Shown here piece by piece: positions 38,039-48,057 of a stretch of DNA of 64,000 nt. Each line of letters opens with the position of its first letter. The first letter of the stretch is position 1. The position numbers and the translations under genes are program-made. This stretch comes from Tabrizicola sp. (lineage in GTDB: Bacteria > Pseudomonadota > Alphaproteobacteria > Rhodobacterales > Rhodobacteraceae), in NCBI RefSeq assembly GCF_041911175.1, contig NZ_JAYRPN010000071.1:5854-69853 (forward strand), given 5' to 3'. Below the pieces are notes generated by a model. That model ran no database searches. It was not told where the DNA came from and saw only the letters and a program-made list of their open reading frames with translations.

Positions 38039-38832
38039 CGCGACTTGTCCTCGGCCTTGGCGCGGTTCCAGAGGGTGTCCATTTCGGCAAGATCGCTGTC
38101 GGCCGGTTTGCGGCCGGTTTCCGCGAGCCAGTCCTCGATCCGGGCGAAGCGGCGGGTGAACTTCTGGTTGGCGGCGCGCAGGGCCGCTTCGGGATCGACC
38201 TTCAGGTGGCGGGCGAGGTTGGCCACGACGAAGAGGAGGTCGCCGATTTCCTCGGTCAGGGCGGCGTGGGACAGGGTATCGCGGGCCTCGACCACCTCGC
38301 GGGCCTCTTCGACCAGTTTGTCCAGCACCTCGCCGGTCGAGGGCCAGTCGAAGCCGACGCGGGCGGCGCGGTTCTGCAGTTTCAACGCGCGGGTGAGGGC
38401 GGGGAGCGACTGCGCGATGCCGTCGAGGGTGCGGGCGGCCCCGCGTTCGGCGGCCTTCTGCGCCTCCCAGTCGCGGGTCTGCTGTTCGGCGGTCTTGTCG
38501 CGGGAGTGGTCGCCGAAGACATGCGGGTGGCGGGCGACCATCTTGTCGGAAATGGTTTCGACCACATCGGCGAAGGCGAAATGCCCGGCCTCCTCGGCCA
38601 TCCGGGCGTGGTAGACGGTCTGGAACAGGAGGTCGCCAAGCTCCCCTTTCAGCTCTGGCCAGGCCTGGCGGTCGATGGCATCGGCGACCTCGAAGGCTTC
38701 CTCCAGCGTGTAGGGCGCGATGCTGGCGAAGTTTTGCTCGATATCCCAGGGGCAGCCGGTTTCCGGGTCGCGCAGGCGGGCCATGATGGCGAGGAGGCGG
38801 TCGATGCCGGAGGGGGGGAGGGGGGGCGACAT
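38035..38832 (-). CDS. mazG: Nucleoside triphosphate pyrophosphohydrolase
   Basis: LRDPETGCPWDIEQ, EEAFEV.DAI, ELGDLLFQ, RHPHVF, EEIGDLLF. Confidence 0.95.
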   Translation of the reverse strand: MSPPLPPSGIDRLLAIMARLRDPETGCPWDIEQNFASIAPYTLEEAFEVADAIDRQAWPELKGELGDLLFQTVYHARMAEEAGHFAFADVVETISDKMVARHPHVFGDHSRDKTAEQQTRDWEAQKAAERGAARTLDGIAQSLPALTRALKLQNRAARVGFDWPSTGEVLDKLVEEAREVVEARDTLSHAALTEEIGDLLFVVANLARHLKVDPEAALRAANQKFTRRFARIEDWLAETGRKPADSDLAEMDTLWNRAKAEDKSR

Positions 38833-38905
38833 GGGGCCTCGCGATCAGGTGCGGGGCCAGCTTAAGGGGGGCGCGGGGGCGAAGGCCAGCCCCCGCGCGC
38901 AGGGA

Positions 38906-39529
38906 TCAGAAGGACAGGCCGACGCGAAGCGAAACCGTGTCGAGATCGATGTTCACTTCCTGGCCCAAGCCGTTGGGATTGTCACCGTTCAGATCGCGGG
39001 CAAGGTATTCCAGACCGATGTTCAGGCGCTGGGTCGCACGGAAATCCACGCCGAGCCCATAGGAAAGACCAGAGGGATCCCAGTTCCCGGAACCTTCGTC
39101 ATAGCTCGACATCGAATAGCCGAGCACGCCATAGAATAGCACCCGGTTCGCAGCCATGCCAACGCGGCCCTTGAGGTCGATGCTCCGATCAACTTCGCAG
39201 CAGGTGAACCCCGTCACGAAATTGTCCTTCAAGCGGGTGTAGGCGAGTTCGCCGCCATACACGAGATTGTTCCGCTGCCAAAGGTAGCCGAGATACAGTG
39301 CCGTGGCGTTGCCGCTGTCGAGACTTTGCGCGGGCACCGGATCGAAATCCAGATCGCCCGAGCTTCTGCCGTAGCTGAGCCCGGCGTACAAGCCGGACCA
39401 GTCGGTGGTTGCAGCCGGTTCGGGCATGACGGTGGGGACGGGATCGGGCTCGACGATGGTCGGTCCGCCGGCCAGTGCGGGACTGGCCAGAGCAAGCAAC
39501 GCCGCAGCTGACAATGTGGTTCTTTTCAT
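38906..39529 (-). CDS. Outer-membrane beta-barrel protein (Omp25/RopB-like)
   Basis: Signal peptide, DWSGLYAGLSYG, alternating strands, C-terminal RVGLSF. Confidence 0.85.
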   Translation of the reverse strand: MKRTTLSAAALLALASPALAGGPTIVEPDPVPTVMPEPAATTDWSGLYAGLSYGRSSGDLDFDPVPAQSLDSGNATALYLGYLWQRNNLVYGGELAYTRLKDNFVTGFTCCEVDRSIDLKGRVGMAANRVLFYGVLGYSMSSYDEGSGNWDPSGLSYGLGVDFRATQRLNIGLEYLARDLNGDNPNGLGQEVNIDLDTVSLRVGLSF

Positions 39530-39767
39530 TTTCCAACCCAGGAACAAGGCAATCGCATGAGCAAAGACTACCATACCAGCCAAGCAAGCGCGGCGCGGTT
39601 TGGATTCGCTTTCTCACTTTCGAGGTGAACTGGTGCCGAGTTGCATCGGTCCGGGCGGGGCGGGTCAGGCAGTCGTTACCTTCGCGGGGCAGCAGGGTCA
39701 TTGCGGTCGGCCCGGTTTTCGGATGTGATCAAAGGCTGACAAGTCACACCGCCAAGGAACCTACGTC

Positions 39768-40931
39768 ATGCCCGTTCTGAACCGTATCGCCTCTTATGCC
39801 GAGGAAATGAAGGGCTGGCGGCGGTATCTGCACCAGCACCCGGAACTGGCCTTCGACTGCCATGATACGGCGGCCTGGATCACCGAGCGGCTGCGCGAGA
39901 TCGGGGTGGACGAGATTCATCCGGGAATCGCGAAGACCGGGATCGTGGCGCTGATAAGGGGGCGGGGGGAAGGGCCGGTGATTGGCCTCCGCGCCGACAT
40001 GGACGCGCTGCCGATCGAGGAGCTGACGGGCGCGCCTTACGCCAGCACGGTGAAGGGGAAGATGCATGCCTGCGGCCATGACGGGCATGTGACGATGCTT
40101 CTGGGCGCGGCGAAATACCTGGCGGAGACGCGGAATTTCGCAGGCACCGTGGCGCTGATCTTCCAGCCGGCCGAAGAGGATGGCGGCGGGGGGCAGGTCA
40201 TGGTGCAGGAGGGCATCATGGACCGCTTCGGGATCGGCCAGGTCTACGGCATCCACAACGCGCCGAACGTGCCCTTCGGGCATTTCCAGACCACGCCGGG
40301 GCCGCTGATGGCGAGCGTGGATACGGCGGTGGTGAAGGTCACGGGGAAGGGCGGGCATGGGGCGACACCGCATGAATGCGTCGATCCGGTGGTGGCCATC
40401 GTCGGCATGGTGCAGGCCCTGCAGACGATCATCCCGCGCAACGTCTATGCGCTGGACGAGGCGGTGATCTCGGTCACGATGATCCATACCGGGTCGGCCT
40501 CGAACATCATCCCGGAGGACGGGAGCTTTGCCGCGACGATCCGCTGCTTCAAGCCGGATGTGCGGGCGCTCTTGAAGAAGCGGTTCTTCGAGATCGTCGA
40601 GGGGCACGCGGCGGCCTACGGCGTCACGGCCTCCATCGACTACGACTGGGGCTATCCGGCGACGATCAACCACGAGGAGGAGGCGGATTTCGCCGCCGAA
40701 GTGGCGCGCGAGGTCTCGGGGGAGGAAGCGGTGGATGCGCGGGCCGGGCGCGAGATGGGGTCGGAGGATTTCAGCTATATGCTGGAGGCGCGGCCGGGGG
40801 CCTATCTCTTCCTCGGCACCGGGCCGGGGGCGGGGTTGCACCATCCGGCCTTCGACTTCAACGACGAGGCGGCGCCGGTGGGTGCCAGCTTCTTCGCCCG
40901 GCTGGTGGAGCGGGCTCAGCCGCTGGGCTGA
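39768..40931 (+). CDS. M20D amidohydrolase (hippurate hydrolase-like)
   Basis: LHQHPEL, RADMDALP, MHACGHDGH, FQPAEE, GSEDFSY, LHHPAFDFND. Confidence 0.93.
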   Translation: MPVLNRIASYAEEMKGWRRYLHQHPELAFDCHDTAAWITERLREIGVDEIHPGIAKTGIVALIRGRGEGPVIGLRADMDALPIEELTGAPYASTVKGKMHACGHDGHVTMLLGAAKYLAETRNFAGTVALIFQPAEEDGGGGQVMVQEGIMDRFGIGQVYGIHNAPNVPFGHFQTTPGPLMASVDTAVVKVTGKGGHGATPHECVDPVVAIVGMVQALQTIIPRNVYALDEAVISVTMIHTGSASNIIPEDGSFAATIRCFKPDVRALLKKRFFEIVEGHAAAYGVTASIDYDWGYPATINHEEEADFAAEVAREVSGEEAVDARAGREMGSEDFSYMLEARPGAYLFLGTGPGAGLHHPAFDFNDEAAPVGASFFARLVERAQPLG

Positions 40932-41287
40932 CGGACGAGCGGGATCAGGCCGAAGCCGATCTGCCCGGCCAGCCCAAGCGCGCCGGGCGGGGTGGTCATT
41001 GCCGACAGGAATTGCCCCGGCGTCTGGCCGAAAGCCAGCGCGGCGGCGAGTTCCAGGAGCATCAGGATCAGGAGGCTGGCGAGCCCCATGCCAAGGCGCG
41101 GGGTCCGGGGCCAGCGGCGCAGCACCCGGCCCGCGACGGCCCAGGACAGGGCGAGGACCAGCGGCAATTCCAGCGCCACGGCGAGGAGGGGGCCGGTCCT
41201 TGGCGCGATCAGGCCAACGCGCAGCGCGCCAAGCGCGAAGGCGGTGACGAAGACCGGGAGGACATAGGCGAGGGCGGGTTTGAGCAT
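40916..41287 (-). CDS. Hypothetical membrane protein
   Basis: MLKPALAYVLPVFVTAFALG.LR...IAPR.G...AV.LELP pattern, four hydrophobic segments. Confidence 0.7.
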   Translation of the reverse strand: MLKPALAYVLPVFVTAFALGALRVGLIAPRTGPLLAVALELPLVLALSWAVAGRVLRRWPRTPRLGMGLASLLILMLLELAAALAFGQTPGQFLSAMTTPPGALGLAGQIGFGLIPLVRQPSG

Positions 41288-41365
41288 CGGGATGTCTGAC
41301 TGGCCGGGCAATGATCCTGCCGCTAGACTGCTGCCATCGACCCTTTTCAGGAAGAGGATTCTGCC

Positions 41366-41773
41366 GTGAAGGCCATTGCACTTGCCATCCTGACCCTCGC
41401 TGCATCCCCCGCGCTTGCCGACGACTATTTCGGTTTCCGCTCGCCCACCGGGAACATCCACTGCGCGATGTATACCATCGATGGCCGGACCGAGGCGCGC
41501 TGCGACCTGCGGTCCTATACCCCCACCTACACCAAACGCCCGGCGGGCTGCGAGCAGGACTGGGGCATGGCCTTCGGTGTCGCCGCTTCCGGCAAGGGGG
41601 AACTCCTCTGCGTCGGCGACACGGTGCAGGACCCCGGCAACCCGGTGCTGCCCTATGGCGAGGCGGTGTCGCTGGGCGGCATCTCCTGCGTCTCGTCCAA
41701 GACGGGGATGACCTGCACCAATGCCGAAGGGCACGGGTTCAGCGTGGCGAAGGCGAAGCAGAAGCTGTTCTGA
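41366..41773 (+). CDS. Secreted Cys-rich protein (DUF6636-like)
   Basis: Signal peptide; FRSPTGNIHC, VLPYG, ISC.S..TGMTC.N..GHGF. Confidence 0.8.
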   Translation: MKAIALAILTLAASPALADDYFGFRSPTGNIHCAMYTIDGRTEARCDLRSYTPTYTKRPAGCEQDWGMAFGVAASGKGELLCVGDTVQDPGNPVLPYGEAVSLGGISCVSSKTGMTCTNAEGHGFSVAKAKQKLF

Positions 41774-41801
41774 GGCCGCGCCCCGGCGGTGAGCGGCAGT
41801 T

Positions 41802-41834
41802 GCCTCCGGCGGGGATATTTGGGCCAGTATGAAA
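41802..41834 (+). repeat. 33-bp intergenic repeat, copy 1 (GCCTCCGGCGGGGATATTTGGGCCA...GAAA)
   Basis: First 25 nt identical to 45087-45111. Confidence 0.75.
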
Positions 41835-41974
41835 CTGCCGAATCGGCTTTGGCGGCTGTCGGCGGCGGGGCAGGGGTCCTGATGGGGCCTCATCAACCTT
41901 TGGACACCATATCTTGCCCTGACCCAACCTTTGGAGCAATCAGGGGGCTGGCCGTGTTTTGATCAAACTGCTAC

Positions 41975-41992
41975 ACTGACTGCGCAGTCAGT
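41975..41992. promoter_or_regulatory. Perfect 18-bp palindrome ACTGACTGCGCAGTCAGT, TetR-type operator candidate
   Basis: Located 14 nt upstream of the aminotransferase start codon. Confidence 0.6.
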
Positions 41993-42006
41993 CACCGGAG
42001 AGAGTC

Positions 42007-43410
42007 ATGACCCTCGATCTGCCGAACAGCCCGTCGCCCCATGACCTGTGGGAGATGGACCGGGCGCATTCCTTGCATCCCTGGACCAATTTCGGGTCGT
42101 TCGAGAAGGACGGCTCGCTGGTCATCGCGCGGGGCGAGGGCTGTTATCTCTGGGATGCCGAGGGGCGGCGCTATCTGGATGCGGTGGGGGGCATGTGGTG
42201 CACCAACATCGGGCTGGGGCGCCGCGACATGGCGCAGGCGATTGCTGACCAGGTGGAGCGGCTGGCCTTTGCCAACAGCTTCGTCGACGTGACGAACGAG
42301 CCCTCGGCGCGGCTGTCGGCGAAGCTGGCGGCGCTGGCGCCGGGCGACCTGAACCGGGTGCATCTGACCACGGGCGGGTCGACGGCGGTGGACACCGCTG
42401 TCCGCATGGTCTGGTACTACCAGTCCTGCATGGGGCGGCCGGAAAAGACCGACATCGTCGCGCGGGATCATTCCTATCACGGCTCGACTTACCTCACGCA
42501 ATCGGTGGGCAAGCGGCCGGGCGACCGGGTGGCCGAGTTCCGCTACAAGGAGGACGGCATCCACCACCTGACCCCGCCGAACCCCTATCGCCGCCCGGAG
42601 GGGATGAGCGAGGCCGCGTTCTGCGACTTTCTGGTGGCCGAGTTCGAGGCGCTGATCGCGCGGGTGGGGGCCGACCGGATCGGCGGCTTCATCGCCGAAC
42701 CGATCCAGGCCTCGGGCGGGGTGATCGTGCCGCCGGAGGGCTATCTGCGCCGGATGTGGGACGTGTGCCGGCGCCACGATATCCTCTTCATCGCCGACGA
42801 GGTGGTGACGGCCTTCGGTCGGCTGGGGCACTGGTTCGCCAGCGAGGCGGAATTCGGCGTGGTGCCGGACATGATCACCTGCGCCAAGGGGCTGACTTCG
42901 GGCTACCTGCCTTTGGGCGCGCTGGTCTTCTCCGACCGGATCTGGGAGGCGATGGCGGCGAAGGGGGAGCGTTGGTTCACCACCGGCTTTACCTATTCCG
43001 GGCATCCGGTCAGCTGTGCGGCGGCGCTGAAATCCATTGAGATCATCGAGAGTGAGGGGCTCTTGGAGAATGCGGCGGTTGTCGGGGACTATTTCCTCGA
43101 CCGGCTGAAGGGGCTGGAGGGCCTGCCGCTGGTTGGTCAGGTGCGCGGGCGGCGGCTGATGGTCTGCGTGGAGAATGTGGCCTCGAAAGCGACCAAGGAG
43201 CCGCTGCCGGACGGGGTGAATGAATCGAAGCGGATCAGCGACGCCGCCGAGGCGATGGGACTGATGGTGCGGCCCATCGGGCATCTGAACGTGATGTCGC
43301 CGCCCCTCACGATCACCAAGGGGCAGGTGGATTTCGTGGTGGAGACACTGGGACGCGCGATCGGCAAGGTCACCGACGAGCTGGTGCGGGAGGGCCACCG
43401 GATCGGGTGA
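42007..43410 (+). CDS. Class III (omega-amino/polyamine) aminotransferase
   Basis: [50 protein letters not shown]. Confidence 0.93.
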   Translation: MTLDLPNSPSPHDLWEMDRAHSLHPWTNFGSFEKDGSLVIARGEGCYLWDAEGRRYLDAVGGMWCTNIGLGRRDMAQAIADQVERLAFANSFVDVTNEPSARLSAKLAALAPGDLNRVHLTTGGSTAVDTAVRMVWYYQSCMGRPEKTDIVARDHSYHGSTYLTQSVGKRPGDRVAEFRYKEDGIHHLTPPNPYRRPEGMSEAAFCDFLVAEFEALIARVGADRIGGFIAEPIQASGGVIVPPEGYLRRMWDVCRRHDILFIADEVVTAFGRLGHWFASEAEFGVVPDMITCAKGLTSGYLPLGALVFSDRIWEAMAAKGERWFTTGFTYSGHPVSCAAALKSIEIIESEGLLENAAVVGDYFLDRLKGLEGLPLVGQVRGRRLMVCVENVASKATKEPLPDGVNESKRISDAAEAMGLMVRPIGHLNVMSPPLTITKGQVDFVVETLGRAIGKVTDELVREGHRIG

Positions 43411-43551
43411 GCGCCCGGAGCCTTGGAAGGCTCCGATGCGATTTCTTCGAAGAAATCGCCCGCTTGACAGGGGCGCGCGGGGTGGATCAACTGCCGGGAC
43501 CGGATCCGCGCGTCTCCGCTGAACGACTGCGCCGAAAGACCCGAGATTCTC

Positions 43552-44517
43552 ATGGCACTTGAAGACGCGAAGACGCAGGTCGACACTGCGTTCACCCGGA
43601 AATCCAACCGGGGCTATGCCTTTGAAAACGCCTTCGGCGGGGCGACCTCTTTCCTGCGCCGGACCTACACCAAGGACCTGACCGGGGTCGATCTGGCGAT
43701 CACCGGGGTTCCCTTCGACCAGGCGGTCACGCACCGGACCGGTACCCGCTTCGGGCCCCGCGCGATCCGCGAGGCATCAAGCCTGCAACCCTACGATCCG
43801 CCCTATGGCTGGCCGACGAACCCCTTGGAGGAGCTGTCGATCGTCGACTACGGCGACTGTGCCTTCGACTATGCCAAGGTTTCCGACTTCCCCGACACGC
43901 TGACGGCGCATATCCGCGCCATCCTGGCGGCAGGGGCGGGGACGGTGACGCTGGGGGGCGACCATTACATCACCTATCCGATCCTGAAGGCCTATGCGGA
44001 AAAGTTCGGGCCGCTGGGGGTGATCCATTTCGATGCGCATTCCGACCTCTGGCCCGATGACGACCTGAGCCGGATCGACCACGGGACGATGCTTTACAAG
44101 GCGGTGAAGACGGGGCTGGTCGATCCGAAACGGTCGGTGCAGATCGGCATCCGCACCACGACCGAGGATTACCTGGGCGTGACCGTGATCGACGCGCGCG
44201 AGGTGCATGAGAAGGGCGTCGCGCATGTGGTGGCGAAGGCGAAAGACATCGTCGGCGACGGCGCGACCTATGTGACCTTCGACATCGACTGCCTCGATCC
44301 CTCCGCCGCGCCGGGGACGGGGACGCCGGTCTGGGGCGGGCTGCATTCGTGGCAGGCGGCGGCTGCCTTGCGCGATCTGGCGGGGATCAACATGGTCGGG
44401 GGCGACATCGTCGAGGTCTCGCCGCCCTATGACACCACCGGGGCCACGGCGATTGCCGGGGCGCATGTCGCCTATGAGCTGATCTGCCTCTACCACTGGG
44501 CGCGGACGCAAAGATGA
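43552..44517 (+). CDS. speB: Agmatinase (ureohydrolase family)
   Basis: GGDHYIT, DAHSD, HGT, TFDIDCLDP..APGTGTP, VEVSP. Confidence 0.9.
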   Translation: MALEDAKTQVDTAFTRKSNRGYAFENAFGGATSFLRRTYTKDLTGVDLAITGVPFDQAVTHRTGTRFGPRAIREASSLQPYDPPYGWPTNPLEELSIVDYGDCAFDYAKVSDFPDTLTAHIRAILAAGAGTVTLGGDHYITYPILKAYAEKFGPLGVIHFDAHSDLWPDDDLSRIDHGTMLYKAVKTGLVDPKRSVQIGIRTTTEDYLGVTVIDAREVHEKGVAHVVAKAKDIVGDGATYVTFDIDCLDPSAAPGTGTPVWGGLHSWQAAAALRDLAGINMVGGDIVEVSPPYDTTGATAIAGAHVAYELICLYHWARTQR

Positions 44518-44993
44518 GGGTCCGGGCGAAGGCTGGGCCGGGGCTGGCCTTCGCCGTCATCGCCTTCCTGGGGGCGCTGGCCTTCATCCGGCTGGCGCCG
44601 TCCGACCCGGCAGTGTGGAACGTGGACCTGGCTGCGGGGGATTTGCCGAGCAATGCCCATGTGTTCTGCATCCGGCCCGATACCCGCTATGGTCCGATCA
44701 CCGGCGACCCGAACGCTCTGCTCGCCCGGCTGGACGCGATTGCGATGGCCACCCCGCGCACCGAGCGGCTGGCAGGGTCGGCGGCGGAGGGGCGGATCAC
44801 CTGGATCACCCGCAGCCTGCTGATGGGATACCCCGATTACACCACCGCCGAGGTGATGGACGGCCCGTCGCTGTGCATCGCCGGGCGGCAAAGGTTCGGA
44901 TCGGGCGACATGGGCGTCAATGCGGCGCGGATCGGGGCCTGGGCGCAGGCGCTGCTGGGTTTGCAGGAAGCGCCGGAGATGACCGGGCTGTGA
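44514..44993 (+). CDS. DUF1499-family protein
   Basis: RLAPSDPAVW, TWITRS.LMGYPDY.T, RFG.GDMGVN.AR..W. Confidence 0.8.
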   Translation: MRVRAKAGPGLAFAVIAFLGALAFIRLAPSDPAVWNVDLAAGDLPSNAHVFCIRPDTRYGPITGDPNALLARLDAIAMATPRTERLAGSAAEGRITWITRSLLMGYPDYTTAEVMDGPSLCIAGRQRFGSGDMGVNAARIGAWAQALLGLQEAPEMTGL

Positions 44994-45086
44994 TGCGGGT
45001 CGGGGCGCCTGCCGTATTGAGCGCCTTGCGGCGCGAAGACTCCTTGTCTCGCGGTCTTGCGTGAAGGACGCAAGACCGCTCGGGAT

Positions 45087-45119
45087 GCCTCCGGCGGGGA
45101 TATTTGGGCCAATGTGAAA
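45087..45119 (+). repeat. 33-bp intergenic repeat, copy 2
   Basis: Matches 41802-41834. Confidence 0.75.
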
Positions 45120-45172
45120 GGGCCGGGGGCTGCCCCTTGACGCTTGCGGGGTTCCGGGCCAAACCCCGGCGC

Positions 45173-46228
45173 ATGGTTCCGCTCGACAAGCTTGCCCAGA
45201 TCACCGAACGCTTCGAGTTCATCGAGGCGCAACTGAACGCGGGAGCGGCCCCGGCCGAGATCGCGCGGATCAGCCGGGAATACACCGACCTGAAGCCGGT
45301 GGTGGAGGAAATCCGCGCCTATCGGCAGTCGCTCGACGATCTGGCCGAGGCCGAGGCGATGCTGGCGGACCCCGAGATGAAGGCGCTGGCCGAGGAGGAG
45401 CTGCCCCGGCTCAAGGCCCGCATCCCCGAGATGGAGCAGGCGCTGCGGCTGGCGCTTCTGCCGAAGGATGCCGCCGACACGAGGCCGGCGATCATCGAGA
45501 TCCGGCCCGGCACCGGGGGCGACGAGGCGGCCTTGTTCGCGGGCGACCTCGCGCGGATGTACCAGCGCTATGCCGAACGCATGGGCTGGACCTTCGAGGT
45601 GATCAGCGAACAGGCGGGCGAGGTCGGGGGTTTGAAGGAATTCTCGGCCCATATCCAGGGCGAGGGGGTCTATGCCCGGATGAAGTTCGAATCCGGCGTG
45701 CATCGGGTGCAGCGGGTGCCGGAAACCGAAGCGCAGGGCCGCATCCATACTTCTGCGGCGACGGTGGCGGTGCTGCCGGAGGCGGAGGAGGTGGATATCG
45801 ACATCCCGGCCTCGGACATCCGCATCGATACCATGCGGTCCTCTGGGGCGGGCGGGCAGCATGTGAACACCACCGACTCGGCAGTCAGGATCACTCACCT
45901 GCCCAGCGGGATCGTGGTGACATCGTCGGAGAAATCGCAGCACAGGAACCGCGAGATCGCGATGCAGGTGCTGCGGGCGCGGCTTTACGAGGCGGAGCGG
46001 GAGCGGCTGCATTCCGAACGCGCGGCGGACCGGAAGTCGCAGGTCGGCTCGGGGGATCGGAGCGAGCGGATCAGGACCTACAACTTCCCGCAAGGCCGGA
46101 TGACCGATCACCGGATCAACCTGACGCTCTATGCCCTGCCGCAGATCATGGGCGGCGACCTGGCCGAAGTGATCGACGCGCTGGTGGCGCATGACCAGGC
46201 GGCGCGGCTGGCGGAGATGGAGGGGTGA
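45173..46228 (+). CDS. prfA: Peptide chain release factor 1
   Basis: [25 protein letters not shown] (PxT), [22 protein letters not shown]. Confidence 0.97.
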   Translation: MVPLDKLAQITERFEFIEAQLNAGAAPAEIARISREYTDLKPVVEEIRAYRQSLDDLAEAEAMLADPEMKALAEEELPRLKARIPEMEQALRLALLPKDAADTRPAIIEIRPGTGGDEAALFAGDLARMYQRYAERMGWTFEVISEQAGEVGGLKEFSAHIQGEGVYARMKFESGVHRVQRVPETEAQGRIHTSAATVAVLPEAEEVDIDIPASDIRIDTMRSSGAGGQHVNTTDSAVRITHLPSGIVVTSSEKSQHRNREIAMQVLRARLYEAERERLHSERAADRKSQVGSGDRSERIRTYNFPQGRMTDHRINLTLYALPQIMGGDLAEVIDALVAHDQAARLAEMEG

Positions 46229-47079
46229 AGGCCGAGGCGGCGCTGCGGCTGGCCATTCCCCGGCTGGAGGCGGCGGGGGTCGAGGGCGCGGGCCGCGATG
46301 CGCGGGTGCTCTTGGCCTTTGCGCTGGGTGTGACGCCGGACCGGCTGACGCTGCACCTGCCCGACGAGATGACCGGGGCGCAGGCGGCTGCCTTCGAGGC
46401 GGCGGTGGTTGCCCGCGAGGCCCGGCAGCCGGTGGCACAGATCACCGGGCGGCGGCTGTTCTGGGGCCAATGGTTCCGGGTGACGCGCGATACGCTCGAC
46501 CCACGCCCGGACACCGAGGCGCTGGTGGCCGAGGCCTTGGCGGAGCCGTTCCTGAAGGTCTTGGACCTTGGCACCGGGACCGGCTGCATCCTCTTGTCCT
46601 GCCTGAAGGGCATGCCGATGGCGCGGGGGGTGGGCGTCGATATTTCTGAGGCGGCGCTTGCGGTTGCGGGCGACAATTCATCCGACCTCGGGCTTCGGGA
46701 CCGGGCGCGGTTCCTGCACTCGGACTGGTTCGGGGCCGTCACCGGCGCTTACGACCTGATCGTCGCGAACCCGCCCTACATCGCCGCCGAGGAGATGGCG
46801 GGACTTGCCCCCGAAGTGCGCGACTGGGAGCCGCATCTGGCGCTGACCCCCGGCGGCGACGGGCTGGAGCCCTACCGGATCATCGCGCGGGGTGCACCGG
46901 CCCGCATGATGCCGGGCGGGCGGCTTCTGGTGGAGATCGGGCCGTCGCAGGGCGAGGCGGTCAGCGCGCTGTTCCGGGCGGAGGGGTTGGAGGGCATCCG
47001 CATCCTGCCCGACATGGACGGGCGCGACCGGGTGGTGGCGGCGCGGAAGCCCGGCGGCGACAGTTGCGGTTGTGCCTGA
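46225..47079 (+). CDS. prmC: Release factor glutamine methyltransferase
   Basis: [22 protein letters not shown]; coupled to prfA. Confidence 0.95.
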   Translation: MKAEAALRLAIPRLEAAGVEGAGRDARVLLAFALGVTPDRLTLHLPDEMTGAQAAAFEAAVVAREARQPVAQITGRRLFWGQWFRVTRDTLDPRPDTEALVAEALAEPFLKVLDLGTGTGCILLSCLKGMPMARGVGVDISEAALAVAGDNSSDLGLRDRARFLHSDWFGAVTGAYDLIVANPPYIAAEEMAGLAPEVRDWEPHLALTPGGDGLEPYRIIARGAPARMMPGGRLLVEIGPSQGEAVSALFRAEGLEGIRILPDMDGRDRVVAARKPGGDSCGCA

Positions 47080-47260
47080 ACCCCGCCGATTCCACCGCAA
47101 ACCCACAGAAATCCCTTGTCAGGTTCCCTTCCCTGTGATTAGTGACCCCTGTCGGGCGCGGGTTTTCACCTGCCCTGGCAAGCTACCCAGGCCCTGCTGA
47201 CCTTGATTTTGCTGCCCATGAGGGGCGGCGGTTGCAGGCCAAAGCCATCGTAAGGAAAAG

Positions 47261-48025
47261 ATGCGCTCCTCCAAGAAACGCTCGCGTTCCAACCAGAACC
47301 GCCCGCGCACCCTCGGCAACATCATCAACCGCGTCTTTGACAGCTCGGGTCCCGAGGGCAAGGTGCGCGGCACGCCGCAGCAGATCATCGAGAAATACCA
47401 GATGCTCGCCCGCGATGCGCAGCTCTCGAACGACCGTGTGGCGGCCGAGAATTTCCTGCAGCACGCCGAGCACTATACGCGCATGCTCGCCGAGGCGACG
47501 AAGGAAATGGCGGCCGAACAGGAAGCGCGGCAGCAACAATACCAGCAGAACGGCGGCCAGCAGGGCCAGAATGGCCAGAACGGCGGCCCGCAGGGCCAGC
47601 CGCGCGGCGACCGGCCCGAGGGCGAGGGTCGGCGCGACCGCGACAACCGGGGCGATCGCGACAACCGCGAGAATCGCGAGAACCGGGGCGACCGCGACAA
47701 CCGGGGCGAACGGCAGGACCGGGGCGAGCGTCGGCAGGAGTTCAGCCGCGACTACCGCGAGGAGCGCAGCTTCCCCGCCGAAGAGCAGCCGATGGCCAGC
47801 GACGTGATCGACCTCGACGCGGGCGACGATACCGGGTTGATCGAGACGCCGGAATCCGCACCGCGCGCCCGGCCCGCACCCGAGCCCGCCCCTGCGCCCG
47901 AAGCGGCAGCGGCGGCAGAGGAAGCCGCCCCGAAGGAAGAGCGCGCGCCCCGGCGCCCGCGCGGGCCGCGCAAGCCCAAAGGCGACAAGCCCGATGGCGA
48001 GCCGCCGAAGGAAGCCGCAGAATAG
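47261..48025 (+). CDS. DUF4167-domain protein with a low-complexity charged tail
   Basis: NRVFDSSGPEGKVRG..QQIIEKY..LARDA..S.DRV.AEN..QHAEHY.R. Confidence 0.88.
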   Translation: MRSSKKRSRSNQNRPRTLGNIINRVFDSSGPEGKVRGTPQQIIEKYQMLARDAQLSNDRVAAENFLQHAEHYTRMLAEATKEMAAEQEARQQQYQQNGGQQGQNGQNGGPQGQPRGDRPEGEGRRDRDNRGDRDNRENRENRGDRDNRGERQDRGERRQEFSRDYREERSFPAEEQPMASDVIDLDAGDDTGLIETPESAPRARPAPEPAPAPEAAAAAEEAAPKEERAPRRPRGPRKPKGDKPDGEPPKEAAE

Positions 48026-48028
48026 GAA

Positions 48029-48053
48029 AAAGGCCGCCCCGAGGGCGGCCTTT
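48029..48053. terminator. Bidirectional intrinsic terminator
   Basis: aaaggccgccc-cga-gggcggccttt between convergent genes. Confidence 0.8.
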
Positions 48054-48057
48054 CGCG

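Noticed and set aside
3385-38832. dGTPase, MazG and nucleoside hydrolase as nucleotide-depletion defence genes
   Set aside because: They have host-like GC and sit in housekeeping contexts (xth-erpA-dgt, mazG), matching standard housekeeping families
47630-47730. Short tandem repeats (GDRDNR/ENR) in the DUF4167 gene
   Set aside because: In-frame low-complexity coding repeats of a disordered tail; not CRISPR or a contingency locus
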